64,000 bases of DNA from Thermoplasmata archaeon (GTDB lineage Archaea; Thermoplasmatota; Thermoplasmata; Thermoplasmatales; GCA-001856825): assembly GCA_049965815.1 (NCBI GenBank), contig JBMFVV010000005.1, positions 7,315 through 71,314 on the forward strand. Direction: 5' to 3'. Shown here piece by piece: positions 40,744 to 50,761 of the stretch (its first letter is position 1; each line of letters begins with the position of its first letter). Made by a program: the position numbers and the translations under genes. The notes below the pieces were generated by a model. It made no database searches and had not been told where the DNA came from. It was given only the letters and a program-made list of their open reading frames with translations.

Positions 40744-40866
40744 AGATACTAAACATACTTTAAAGTTTTAGTAACCTAACAGTGCAGAATTGAAATATGC
40801 AAAGCGACGGTTCCATTTACAATAAGATACAAAGGCACTGGAAATTGCTTAACACGCTACTTTGTT

Positions 40867-41487
40867 ATGTATTATTTAAATAGAAGAGATAATTCGCGTT
40901 TAATGAATTTCATTTCAAGGCTTGGCAACTTAGGACAGCATAAGTCTAACAGTGCAATGCCCTCACCATCAATTAAAACAAGAATCGACTTTTCCTCCGA
41001 GCTTAACAGACTAGGTGATTCCAACGGCCACAATACCAATTATAACTCCATATTTTCTCTTGTTCGGAAGGCAGTTAAATCTACTCTCGGAAAGGAAAGG
41101 GTGGGGCTTGGGCTAGCTCTTGCAGACCTACCATCACAGCTTGGAGCGTTCTGGGAAGTTGGTGGAAACTATATCGTGATGAACAGAAAACTTCTAGAAG
41201 CACTCAAGGTAGCCAATCGTTCAGGCGCGGAAGTGAATTCGTTCGTTTTTGTTATTTTGATGCACGAATATCTTCACTCGCTCGGTGTTTTGGATGAGAA
41301 CAGGGCAAGAGAACTAACTGCCAAGATTTGTGCGACGATATTTGAGGAAGGACATCCTGCATTTGAAATTGGGACTAAAGATCCATGGCAGGTTTATCCA
41401 TTTCTCATGAAGGTACCTAACGGAAATGGTGGGAACCTGAAATTCATTAACAATTTCGACTCAGATACCGTTTCATACATTATGTGA
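40867..41487 (+). CDS. Hypothetical protein with an HExxH motif (putative zinc metallopeptidase-like)
   Basis: 206 aa with VILMHEYLHSLG. I recognise no other family features. Confidence 0.45.
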   Translation: MYYLNRRDNSRLMNFISRLGNLGQHKSNSAMPSPSIKTRIDFSSELNRLGDSNGHNTNYNSIFSLVRKAVKSTLGKERVGLGLALADLPSQLGAFWEVGGNYIVMNRKLLEALKVANRSGAEVNSFVFVILMHEYLHSLGVLDENRARELTAKICATIFEEGHPAFEIGTKDPWQVYPFLMKVPNGNGGNLKFINNFDSDTVSYIM

Positions 41488-41514
41488 TCGCGGGAATAAC
41501 TGCACAGTCCATTT

Positions 41515-42420
41515 TCAGCTAACAAAAGTCAAGAATACTGTTAATGCCCCCATTACTACGGATACAGAGGCAAATGCTACCTTTGCAACATTAGATGCGC
41601 TCATTCTTCCAGTTATCCTTGGACCAATCTGCGATCCAATCAGAACGCCTATTGTAAGGAATAGAGGGAGCTGTAATGAAGTAATTGATTTAGTCAGGAG
41701 ATATATCACGAAGGATGTTGTGTTGATGAATATCACTGAGAACAATGTCGCACCGACAGAGTTCTTAATCGGATTGCCAGTAACAACCAAGCCAGTCGTT
41801 GCCACTGGCCCATATCCGCCTCCGGACATTGCCTTGTTGAATCCACTTATCAGACTTATGAGATTAACTTTGAACCAACTAAAAGGCAACTTAGGTTTCA
41901 GGAGAAGTACCAATCCCATTGAAATAACAAGCAACCCAACGTAAGTGTTTAGATAGATCTTGGATAGCTGAATAGCCAAGAAAGCCCCTACCGCCGTTCC
42001 GATAAGCCCAAAAACGATTAGCCTGAAAACGATCCCTGTGTCATTTCGTTTTATGTCAAAGTAATTTACGTTTCCCTGTTTCTGATGGAGTGTAGACGCT
42101 ATCACTGCGCTTACTAGTTGAGAAACCAGAATTGACGGCACAACTAGCTTGGATGAGAATCCTAGAACTATGAGCAATGGAGACCCTATAGTTCCATAGC
42201 CCATTCCTATGGAGCTATCCGTTAATGAGAGACAAAACCCCACTACAGGTATTATGACCAGCCAATAACTGACTGGACCTCTCAGAAGAAGATGATACAT
42301 CGTTAAAATGATGGTTATTATAAAAACGACAACAATTTCAGATGAAATCACTACCTTTCTAGAGCCTGTTTTGCTATGTATAGGAGATGCGTTATCGACG
42401 CCGGTATCGTGAAATCCCAT
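41515..42420 (-). CDS. TauE/SafE-family (DUF81) anion exporter-like membrane protein
   Basis: 301 aa, about 8 TM segments, glycine-rich helices typical of the TauE/SafE family. Confidence 0.65.
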   Translation of the reverse strand: MGFHDTGVDNASPIHSKTGSRKVVISSEIVVVFIITIILTMYHLLLRGPVSYWLVIIPVVGFCLSLTDSSIGMGYGTIGSPLLIVLGFSSKLVVPSILVSQLVSAVIASTLHQKQGNVNYFDIKRNDTGIVFRLIVFGLIGTAVGAFLAIQLSKIYLNTYVGLLVISMGLVLLLKPKLPFSWFKVNLISLISGFNKAMSGGGYGPVATTGLVVTGNPIKNSVGATLFSVIFINTTSFVIYLLTKSITSLQLPLFLTIGVLIGSQIGPRITGRMSASNVAKVAFASVSVVMGALTVFLTFVS

Positions 42421-42514
42421 TATAATGTCTACTGAATTCCAAAATTAATAATTTTTTATAATTAAATATAATTATGATGTTATTTTAACAGATCTCCAAA
42501 TGATCATCACTATC

Positions 42515-43378
42515 TTAGCCATTTACAGATACCATAGCGCTGACTTCTGTTATATGCAGGGTTACTGGAATGGAATTTGAATATATGGAGATATAGCTAT
42601 ACCCGGCCGCGCCTGTCGCATATGAAAGGTACAAGTTATGGATTGACAAAAGTTCCTGTTCAAGCACAGTATATAGCCAGTTTCCTGAAATTGATGAACA
42701 GGCTATCGTCAAGTTGCCAGTTATAAAGACGGAATTTTTAGATAATGCAGTTATGCCAATGCTAAATGGAGACTGAGTGGAAATGTTAAAAGGCCCCCCC
42801 ACGAGATTGAAAAGGTTCATTGAAAGATTTATTGACCCGTTAGCTGGGGGATTAACATGAATAAGGCTGGATTCTAACGTGGTATTTATAAGTGGATTGC
42901 TTCCAAGCTGCTCATAAAAGATAGTCGAAAACTCGTACGAATAGGCTTCATCAACAAAGTATCTGTTGTTCGTTACCACCGTTAAAACTCCACCAGAACT
43001 GATTTTCTCCGTTGAATTGCTTACCGAAAGGTAGCCGCTTGATTCCCCGTTGGAAGAAGACAAGCTGAGTTCTCCAACCGTCGGGCTGGAGAAAAGTGGA
43101 ATGTAATTCGACTGTAGATTGAAGGCAACTGAAGATGATGCACCTTGCTGGTAGTTTACAGACAACTGGCTCAAGGTGCTGATCAATTGCACCATATCGT
43201 TTTGTATTCCTGAAGAATACTGCTCCTCATATGACTTCATTTCTGCAGGTACATAGCTGGTGATGAAAAGACTCAGAAGGAACATGAAGATAAGTATCGC
43301 GAAAATTGCGCCAACAGCGGTTGCAACACCCTCTTCTTCATATCTTACGCTTTTCACTTCAATTACCCCCGTTGTCAA
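42515..43378 (-). CDS. Pilin-like / FlaF-FlaG-like protein with an N-terminal hydrophobic helix
   Basis: 287 aa. A short polar N-terminus precedes GVATAVGAIFAILIFMFLLSLFI, which looks like a class III signal peptide. I counted at least 6 N-X-S/T sequons. The start may instead be the GTG at 43357. It is the last gene of the pilus-like operon. Confidence 0.5.
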   Translation of the reverse strand: MTTGVIEVKSVRYEEEGVATAVGAIFAILIFMFLLSLFITSYVPAEMKSYEEQYSSGIQNDMVQLISTLSQLSVNYQQGASSSVAFNLQSNYIPLFSSPTVGELSLSSSNGESSGYLSVSNSTEKISSGGVLTVVTNNRYFVDEAYSYEFSTIFYEQLGSNPLINTTLESSLIHVNPPANGSINLSMNLFNLVGGPFNISTQSPFSIGITALSKNSVFITGNLTIACSSISGNWLYTVLEQELLSIHNLYLSYATGAAGYSYISIYSNSIPVTLHITEVSAMVSVNG

Positions 43379-44948
43379 CCTTAGGCTGACCGGAAAGATC
43401 GCGAGAATCAGTTTCCATTGTGTTTATGAGGTCTGAAAAATCGTAAATGTTTATGCCCCCTCTTTTCCCAATATTTTCAAGTACTTTCTTCCTTCCATCG
43501 ATAATAACATTTAGCTGTTCCAGTGATATATTTTCTGATCTTAGAATCCTTTCGTGCAGGTATGAATGCCCGCTGAAGAGAAATCTATCTGCCTTTGGAT
43601 CCCACTCGAATACTGTATTGTTAATGACTTCGTTTGTCTGTTTTTCTACCCCAACTACTTCAACAACCTTCTGAATCCTCCTCACGCTCCTTCCGTCCAC
43701 TTTCACTATTCCCTGCAGTACTATCGTGTTAAGAGATGAAATCATTGACCTGGGTATATTCAGTGGCTCTCCTTCCAACCTATGAATGAAAGATGGTATA
43801 TCGTTGGAATGGAAAGTGCTGACCGCAGTGTGGCCGACTGCCATGGACTGAAAGACCGTATACGCTTCTTTTCCCCTTACCTCTCCTACTATGATGTAAT
43901 CAGGTCGCTGTCTGAGGCTATTTACCAGAAGGTCAAACATATCTACTTCTCCAATTCTTTTCCCCGTTGCAGGATTAACGTCACCTGTTCCCTGTCTTGT
44001 TAATGTCTGGACCCAATTTTCATGAGGTATATTCAGCTCCTTTGTATCCTCTATGCTTACTATCTTTTTGTCAGGGGGGATGAATGAAAGTATGGCGTTA
44101 AGAGTTGTAGTTTTCCCGGAGGCTGTCCCCCCTACAATGAAAATGTTCTGCCCCACTTCAAGTGCATACCAGATATATGCAGCAATATCCGCACTCATTG
44201 TTCCCAGCTGAATTAAGTCAATAGGAGTTAGCGGGTCGTTTCTAAACCTCCTTATCGTGAACGTTGATCCGTTCTTTGTAACCTCCCTTCCAAGTGTTGC
44301 CTGAATCCTAGCACCACTAGGTAGTGAACAATCTACCATTGGAACTGCTATCGATAAGTGCTTTCCTGAACGTTGGACAATAAGCCTGACAAAATCGTCT
44401 AAATTGCTATCTGACTCGAAAATTATGTTTGTCGCTACTGGGCCGAATTTCCTATGAACGACATATATCGGCGTGTTAGAACCAACGCATGAAATATCTT
44501 CTATCATATCGTCTAGAAGAGGTACCTGAATTGGACCATACCCTTCGAATTCCCGATACAGGTAATAGAACACTTTCTCCAGTTCAAGATCTGATATTTT
44601 TAATTTTGATTCCTCTTGGTATTGCTGTAGGAATTTCCTTATGACCACTAATCTTTCATCCCTACTTTCAGGGAATACATTAATTGATGCCAAAAAATGA
44701 TTTCTCGCATTTTCAAGGAATACACGAGACTCTGTTTCCAGCACCGGTTCAACGACCTCGTAAGAATGGATTTCACTGCCCTTTTCCTTCAGAATCCTAA
44801 CAGAACTGAAAGGCGATTCTATTTCATACTCTTCAACAATTTCCCAGCTTTCCGATAACGAAGTGTCTTTGCTTAATTCCTCATGGGTGAACTTGCTTGT
44901 GAGACTGTATTTCGTTTCCGCTGACAAAGTTAGGTGTTCATCAGGCAC
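43359..44948 (-). CDS. Type II/IV secretion-family ATPase (FlaI/PilB/VirB11-like), copy 2
   Basis: 529 aa with Walker A GGTASGKTTTLNA, Asp box VSIEDTKELNIPHENW, Walker B RQRPDYIIVGEVRG and His box GHTAVSTFHSN. Confidence 0.9.
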   Translation of the reverse strand: MPDEHLTLSAETKYSLTSKFTHEELSKDTSLSESWEIVEEYEIESPFSSVRILKEKGSEIHSYEVVEPVLETESRVFLENARNHFLASINVFPESRDERLVVIRKFLQQYQEESKLKISDLELEKVFYYLYREFEGYGPIQVPLLDDMIEDISCVGSNTPIYVVHRKFGPVATNIIFESDSNLDDFVRLIVQRSGKHLSIAVPMVDCSLPSGARIQATLGREVTKNGSTFTIRRFRNDPLTPIDLIQLGTMSADIAAYIWYALEVGQNIFIVGGTASGKTTTLNAILSFIPPDKKIVSIEDTKELNIPHENWVQTLTRQGTGDVNPATGKRIGEVDMFDLLVNSLRQRPDYIIVGEVRGKEAYTVFQSMAVGHTAVSTFHSNDIPSFIHRLEGEPLNIPRSMISSLNTIVLQGIVKVDGRSVRRIQKVVEVVGVEKQTNEVINNTVFEWDPKADRFLFSGHSYLHERILRSENISLEQLNVIIDGRKKVLENIGKRGGINIYDFSDLINTMETDSRDLSGQPKVDNGGN

Positions 44949-44950
44949 GA

Positions 44951-45784
44951 CTATATCCCCCCAACCAGAAGAAGAACAATGTAACCTGCTGACGCAAGGA
45001 TAGCAGCATAAAGCATACCGCTAATGTATCTCCCGTCACCCAACACCCCAGACATCAGTCCGCTTCCAACACCCTGAATTATCACGACACCTGTCAATAT
45101 ATTCTTGATCTCGGGGATAGATGTCAGATTGAGAAGATATGACGACGACACTGCGTTCCCCGAAACCAATTGCTGTGCCATCTTCGGAAAGAACTGCACA
45201 TCCAGAATTACCACAGTAAGCAGGAAAACGATGTAAGATATCACTATTATAATTATATAGCTCCTCAGTTGCGAATATTTTTCCCTCGTCAGGAGCTGGG
45301 TTTCCCTTGAAGTATCTGCTATCAAGTTAAGAACTTCAGAAAGGTTTCCTCCTGACCTATTACTCTCTATCATGGTGCCGATCAACTTTACAACAAAAGG
45401 AGTGTTATTCCTTATTGCAAATTGCGACAGTGCTTCGTCGACGGATACCCCCCACCTGATCTGCGATGCCATCTTCTTTATCTCTCTGCTTAAGATTCCA
45501 TACTGACCCTCTGAAGCCACGACTATAGACTCTGCAAGGTTTGTCCCAAATTTAGATGCCTCTGCAACATCCCTTATGAAATCTGGAAGTCTGCTCTCTA
45601 TGGCATTTATCCTTCTCCTCCTTATGAGGTCGTCAGTGCCAGGTGGTACCAACATAAGGATTATACCCAAAACAATGAGATCGAATGATAGCGCATAATC
45701 TGCAGGTGTGCGGATGTGAATATATACCGCAATCAAAAATGAAATCACTCCTAGAGATATCCCTGCCATGGAAGGCCTGTTCAA
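44951..45784 (-). CDS. Type IV pilus/archaellum platform protein, T2SS-F domain (FlaJ/TadC-like half)
   Basis: 277 aa. A cytoplasmic helical domain (LPDFIRDVAEASKFGTNL...SNRSGGNLSEVL) is flanked by TM segments. Confidence 0.75.
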   Translation of the reverse strand: MNRPSMAGISLGVISFLIAVYIHIRTPADYALSFDLIVLGIILMLVPPGTDDLIRRRRINAIESRLPDFIRDVAEASKFGTNLAESIVVASEGQYGILSREIKKMASQIRWGVSVDEALSQFAIRNNTPFVVKLIGTMIESNRSGGNLSEVLNLIADTSRETQLLTREKYSQLRSYIIIIVISYIVFLLTVVILDVQFFPKMAQQLVSGNAVSSSYLLNLTSIPEIKNILTGVVIIQGVGSGLMSGVLGDGRYISGMLYAAILASAGYIVLLLVGGI

Positions 45785-46716
45785 GATATCCGCACCTCTT
45801 TGTCTACACTGGAGATAATAAGCACGAAGGCAGCTATCATTACCGGAAGTACTAGAAATGAGAAAATGAGTAGGAATGAAATCGTCGCGCCGCTCGCATT
45901 CCTTGCAATGACAGACATCACGGCCAAGATTACAATCAGGAACAGGGGAAAGGCGACTCCTATCGTGACATAAGTTTCAGCGAAAACTGAAACGCTCTCC
46001 GAGTTCTTCTTTATGGATACCCTCAGCATATTCTGGTACTCCATCGCCTTGTTTACGAAGTATGGTTTCAGCCTCGCACCGGCAGCGGATGCCGTCACTG
46101 CACCCTGGAGGAATTTCTGCCACTCTACAGATGGACTCTTCCTTGCAACTTCCTCTATTGCGCTGAAAATGTCCATTCCCAGCAGTTCTGTACGATTCGC
46201 TATCTTGGAAGCTTCCCTGCTGACTTCCCCATATTCTTTCATCTTCGACAGTTTCGACATTATCGTGCTTATGGGTACGTCTGCATTCGACATTGCCGAT
46301 ATGAAGGCAAGAGCAGATCCAAGATTTTCATCTATCTTTTTTCCTCTTGAAGATGACCTCATTTGTGGTATGTAAAACCCAATTCCGGTGACGAGAATGA
46401 TTGAGGCGGGTATTGAAAGGGCAACTAAAACGGGTTGAAATTTCAGGAAGTACGCAACCAACGTCAACATAGCGAATATTATTCCTACGATGAGAATAGA
46501 AAACAGGACTTCGCTTGAGTATGCGGTTGATGTCATTTCTATCTCTGCCTTGTCTAGTTGCGTCTGTAAATTCTCCAGGAGTTCTGAACTTTTATTCCTG
46601 AAAAAAGAGGAAAATAATTTCTCTGATATTTTTAGGAAAGCACTCTCTCTGTTTGAAGCAGCAGCATCCCTTGGTCTTAATTTTTTTTGATCTTCATAAC
46701 TTAGCTGTTCAGGCAT
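45781..46716 (-). CDS. Type IV pilus/archaellum platform protein, T2SS-F domain (FlaJ/TadB-like half)
   Basis: I trimmed the start to the ATG at 46716 (MPEQLSYEDQ), which is preceded by GGAGGGGT. The T2SS-F-like region is LGSALAFISAMSNADVPIS...KIANRTELLGMD, and TM segments are present. Confidence 0.75.
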   Translation of the reverse strand: MPEQLSYEDQKKLRPRDAAASNRESAFLKISEKLFSSFFRNKSSELLENLQTQLDKAEIEMTSTAYSSEVLFSILIVGIIFAMLTLVAYFLKFQPVLVALSIPASIILVTGIGFYIPQMRSSSRGKKIDENLGSALAFISAMSNADVPISTIMSKLSKMKEYGEVSREASKIANRTELLGMDIFSAIEEVARKSPSVEWQKFLQGAVTASAAGARLKPYFVNKAMEYQNMLRVSIKKNSESVSVFAETYVTIGVAFPLFLIVILAVMSVIARNASGATISFLLIFSFLVLPVMIAAFVLIISSVDKEVRIS

Positions 46717-48268
46717 CGGTACCCCTCCTGCTGTCCGTTGACAGTGCAACTTCAGAGTAGACCTTTTCAGGGTCCTGATAATACCTCCTTAGATATTTCC
46801 ACATTTCACTGTAGCCAGTTACATTTTGTTTTGCGAGAAATTTCAGTATTTCTTTCCTCCTTTTGAACTCTTCAGTCAGGCCTTCAAGAATGGCTGACTC
46901 CCCTGTCATAACTATCTTGTCAACCGTCTGGTTCCAGGAGAAGATCGTGTTGAATGTGATCTCATTTGTCTCAGAATCTATCTGTATGATCTCTGATACA
47001 TCAGTTAGTCTCCTCTTTGTCGTTCCATCTGCCCTGACAAGTGACTGTCTGACCACGATGTTTATTGACGGCAGCATTGTCCTTGGGATGTTTAGAGGTT
47101 GACTCTCCAACCTTGTTATCATGTTCTCCACCGACTCCGCGTGCATTGTAGTAAGTGTTGTCTGCCCCATTGTCATTGCCTGGAACAGGTTGTAAGCTTC
47201 CTTCCCTCTTACTTCCCCTACCAGCATATAATCCGGTCTCTGCCTCAGTGCACTTACTAGCAGGTCAAACATGTCGATCTCACCTGCTGATTTTCCTGAT
47301 ATGAACCTTCCCTCGCCAACTCCAACTCTCGTCACGGCTCCGATCCAGTTTTTATGAGGTATGTTTATCTCCTTTGTATCTTCGATACTGACTATCTTTG
47401 ACGATGGTGGGATGAATAGAGAGATAGCATTGAGCGTTGAAGTTTTCCCGACACCAGTCCCCCCGATTATGATTATGTTCTTGCCATGCTCGATTGCAAG
47501 CCAGAGATATGCAATTAGATCAGATGAAGCCGTATCCATGACAACTAAATCTATTGGAGTTAGCGGAATATGTTTGAATAATCTGATGGAAAACGTTCCG
47601 CCTCTTGCTGTCACTTCATGCCCGAACGTTGCATTTATCCTGTTGCCCTCCGGAGTCGTTGCATCCAGTATTGGGTCAGATATGGATATTTGCTTGTTTC
47701 CCTTCTGAGCAAGGAGCACTATGAAGTTGTTTAACTCCCTGTCGCTTTCAAATTTAACATTTGTCTTTAGGTTCTGGTACTTCTTGTGGTAGACGTATAT
47801 TGGAATATTTACGCCGTCACAAGATATGTCCTCTATATTGCTATCGTTCATTATGGCGTCAATCTTGCCGTATCCCAGGAACTCACTTGTGAGTATATAG
47901 TGAATTTGGCCCAGTGATTGGTCGCCAATCCTTTTCCCCCTCCCAAGAAAGTACATTTCAATTTCTCTTCTTATGTAACTCTCGATCTCCTTCCTTTCCG
48001 GAGATGAGGGGATTTCCCCTATATCGCTGAGTAATGCTTTCCTCAGTTCTTCCATTTCCTCAATCCCTTCTCTTCCTAATTCAGCATCTACCAGACGGTA
48101 TAGCATTCTCGCAGTCTTAATGTCTCTGCGTATCTCAACCGTCACGTACTGATTGATAGGATATGTTTCTACTAACTCTAGATCAGCATCGCTATTCGTT
48201 ACGCTACCGCCTTCTTTATAATTGATGGCGGGAAAAGAAATCTTACCATCGGGAGGATAGCGGTGCAC
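46709..48268 (-). CDS. Type II/IV secretion-family ATPase (FlaI/PilB/VirB11-like), copy 1
   Basis: 519 aa with Walker A GGTGVGKTSTLNA, Asp box VSIEDTKEINIPHKNW, Walker B RQRPDYMLVGEVRG and His box GQTTLTTMHAE. Confidence 0.9.
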   Translation of the reverse strand: MHRYPPDGKISFPAINYKEGGSVTNSDADLELVETYPINQYVTVEIRRDIKTARMLYRLVDAELGREGIEEMEELRKALLSDIGEIPSSPERKEIESYIRREIEMYFLGRGKRIGDQSLGQIHYILTSEFLGYGKIDAIMNDSNIEDISCDGVNIPIYVYHKKYQNLKTNVKFESDRELNNFIVLLAQKGNKQISISDPILDATTPEGNRINATFGHEVTARGGTFSIRLFKHIPLTPIDLVVMDTASSDLIAYLWLAIEHGKNIIIIGGTGVGKTSTLNAISLFIPPSSKIVSIEDTKEINIPHKNWIGAVTRVGVGEGRFISGKSAGEIDMFDLLVSALRQRPDYMLVGEVRGKEAYNLFQAMTMGQTTLTTMHAESVENMITRLESQPLNIPRTMLPSINIVVRQSLVRADGTTKRRLTDVSEIIQIDSETNEITFNTIFSWNQTVDKIVMTGESAILEGLTEEFKRRKEILKFLAKQNVTGYSEMWKYLRRYYQDPEKVYSEVALSTDSRRGTDA

Positions 48269-48307
48269 ATTGTTTATTTACACTTAGAATAAATATTGTT
48301 TTGCTCT

Positions 48308-50626
48308 TCAGAAAAAATCCTCTAGGGTGCTCTTTCGTCTTACCTCTGCCGTCTTTAGTGATGACTCGTCCACATTGAATACTTCAGTTATCCTTGAAAG
48401 AGTCTGTGCAACTCTGTCTGCATAGTACTCGTAATCTGGTTTGTATTCGAATGGTACATTCGGTATGTAAGGTTCAACCACCTGAGGCCTCTTTTTGCTG
48501 TCAACAACAATCCATGAAACTTTCATTCCCGGGATGAACTCCCGACCCATCTTCATCAACTTCCTAGCTGCCTGCACGTTGGCCAGAGAATCCATTTCCT
48601 TATAGAATTCAAAATCCTTTACAGACCTGGATATTACGAGTTTATCTGCCTCCACTCTCCCCTCTCTTACGTCTGAAATTATTTCCTTGGCACGCCTGAG
48701 TGCTCCGTTAACGTCTCTGTCAAGAATGTGATTGAATATCTCCATCAGTGCATCTGACTGCAAGTCGAATGAATCTGTCCTCCTTATCTCATACCCTCTC
48801 ACAACCATATTACCTGCTTCCTGCTTGGGGAACAATATCTTGCCGGCGTACCTCTTCTTAGCACCATGTGAGAACAACGGATCGAGGACCCTCTCTACCT
48901 CTATTATGATACCCAGCTTCTTAAATATCTCCTCCTTCAACCCGTTTGACAACTGCAATGCTTCATCTACCGTCGCCTTCCCAGTCTTTATGAATATTGA
49001 GTCTGTATCCCCATATACTACCTGTATGCCATTACTTGTAAAATCTGATATGATCCCCTTGATTGTATCCCTGGCGAAAGCTGTTATGCTGGACCCAATA
49101 TTCTGATCTGTGAAACGGTAAAAGCTGGATGCAAATACTCCGTAAAATGAATTCATAAGAACCTTTACCTGACTCTGCATGCTGTCTAAATACCTCCTCT
49201 TGTCAGGGTCCTTTTCCTTCTTCATTAAGTCCTTATACCCATCCCTGGTCTTCATCAATTTCTCCAATAGTTCTGGAATCAGGCCCCTCCTCACCTCAGG
49301 ACTCAGGAACCTAGTACCGTTTGGAGAAACTATCTCTCCATCAGGGGACATAGTGGTAAAACAGATGTTGTATTTTATCATAAGGCTCGGATACATACTC
49401 TTGAAGTCCATTACTGCAACCATGTCATAAAGTCCAGGTTCAATTGAATGAACGTAGCCTCCTTCAATCTTCTCAGCATTCTGGTTGACAAAATTGTTCA
49501 TGGGAACTGCTATCTTTCTCCTGTCAGCCTCCCTAATCACTAGCGAATCTATGAGGGTGGAATTTCCCGAGTTGAACACGTCGTCCAGCGGGATCATTGC
49601 AACAGTGCTCATGTTCTCGTACTTTTCTATTACGTCTATCTTTTCCAGTATCTTCAGGGCTAGAAGGGAGTCCCTTATGCAGTACTTTATCACCCTGTCC
49701 CTGTCACGCTCCCACTCCTGCTCGATGCTGAGCCTGTCCACATCTCCCTTTGCCTCCCCTAGAAGTTCCTGAGACACATATGCCAGTGTCTCCTGCTTTG
49801 GATGTATCTCCCGCTTCACGTTCCACCATGCATCTGCAACCACCCTGCCATGAATTCTCCAGAACTGGTCCTGTATCCTCTGAGGGGTAGTTATATCCCT
49901 TCCAAGATACATGGAAATGTTCTCCTTGTTTGCCAGTTTTTCAAGAAATGGAAGATCGTACCCATCAATGTTATATCCAGTTATTATGTCAGGATCTTCC
50001 TTCCGGATAGTCGTTAGGAACTTCTCCAGTATATCTCTTGGTTCCCCGTATATCGCACCATCCTCATACTTCCCCTTGAAACTTGTGGTATAACCTATGA
50101 CGTAAAGCTTCTGGTCCTTTATGCTGTTCTCAATGTCGAAGCTTAATATCTTGATAGGCGGGAGAAAATCGGTTGTTCTCTCCAGGTTATCAGCAACTAT
50201 CACGTGATCCACGGAGAATTTATCACTCTTTATCTCCGTTCCGTTGAACCTTATGCAGCTTCCAAGGTCAAAGTCGTAGAAGAACCTGAAGTGAAACGGT
50301 ATATCTGCTGCGAGCACTCTGTTAGCTTCCGTGATGTACTTTCTGAATTCAGGAACTCTCCAAGGTGACTTGCACGTGAATTTGACAGCCTTTCTTTCCG
50401 TGCCCTTGTACCAGAGATTGACTTCTTCTATGCTGACCATTTCATCGACTGACTTCAGCCTCTTGATCTCATCTTCCCTTGGTTCAATCGCAAAGAAATA
50501 AGGCAGGAACTTCTTGTAAAGGACTGCAAACGATTCACCATTTCTGTTTCTTCCAAATATCTCAATGACGGGTAACCCATTTTCATTATAATACGACGAA
50601 GTGATTACCCTGATTTCATCTTCCAT
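48308..50626 (-). CDS. polB: DNA polymerase, family B
   Basis: Exo I FDIEN, polymerase motif A MYPSL, motif C YGDTDS. I moved the start from the track's TTG (50650) to the ATG at 50626 (MEDEIRVI...). No intein is present. Confidence 0.95.
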   Translation of the reverse strand: MEDEIRVITSSYYNENGLPVIEIFGRNRNGESFAVLYKKFLPYFFAIEPREDEIKRLKSVDEMVSIEEVNLWYKGTERKAVKFTCKSPWRVPEFRKYITEANRVLAADIPFHFRFFYDFDLGSCIRFNGTEIKSDKFSVDHVIVADNLERTTDFLPPIKILSFDIENSIKDQKLYVIGYTTSFKGKYEDGAIYGEPRDILEKFLTTIRKEDPDIITGYNIDGYDLPFLEKLANKENISMYLGRDITTPQRIQDQFWRIHGRVVADAWWNVKREIHPKQETLAYVSQELLGEAKGDVDRLSIEQEWERDRDRVIKYCIRDSLLALKILEKIDVIEKYENMSTVAMIPLDDVFNSGNSTLIDSLVIREADRRKIAVPMNNFVNQNAEKIEGGYVHSIEPGLYDMVAVMDFKSMYPSLMIKYNICFTTMSPDGEIVSPNGTRFLSPEVRRGLIPELLEKLMKTRDGYKDLMKKEKDPDKRRYLDSMQSQVKVLMNSFYGVFASSFYRFTDQNIGSSITAFARDTIKGIISDFTSNGIQVVYGDTDSIFIKTGKATVDEALQLSNGLKEEIFKKLGIIIEVERVLDPLFSHGAKKRYAGKILFPKQEAGNMVVRGYEIRRTDSFDLQSDALMEIFNHILDRDVNGALRRAKEIISDVREGRVEADKLVISRSVKDFEFYKEMDSLANVQAARKLMKMGREFIPGMKVSWIVVDSKKRPQVVEPYIPNVPFEYKPDYEYYADRVAQTLSRITEVFNVDESSLKTAEVRRKSTLEDFF

Positions 50627-50761
50627 TGACCAACCATGAAGTCTTTTCAAATATACTTTATTGGACCAATTTCATACTGTCCGGATTCTGTTCTCAGCCA
50701 TTTTAAATACTATGGCAAGCGTGGTTCAAAAAAGATTAATATCCTCAGAGAAATAAGAGAT

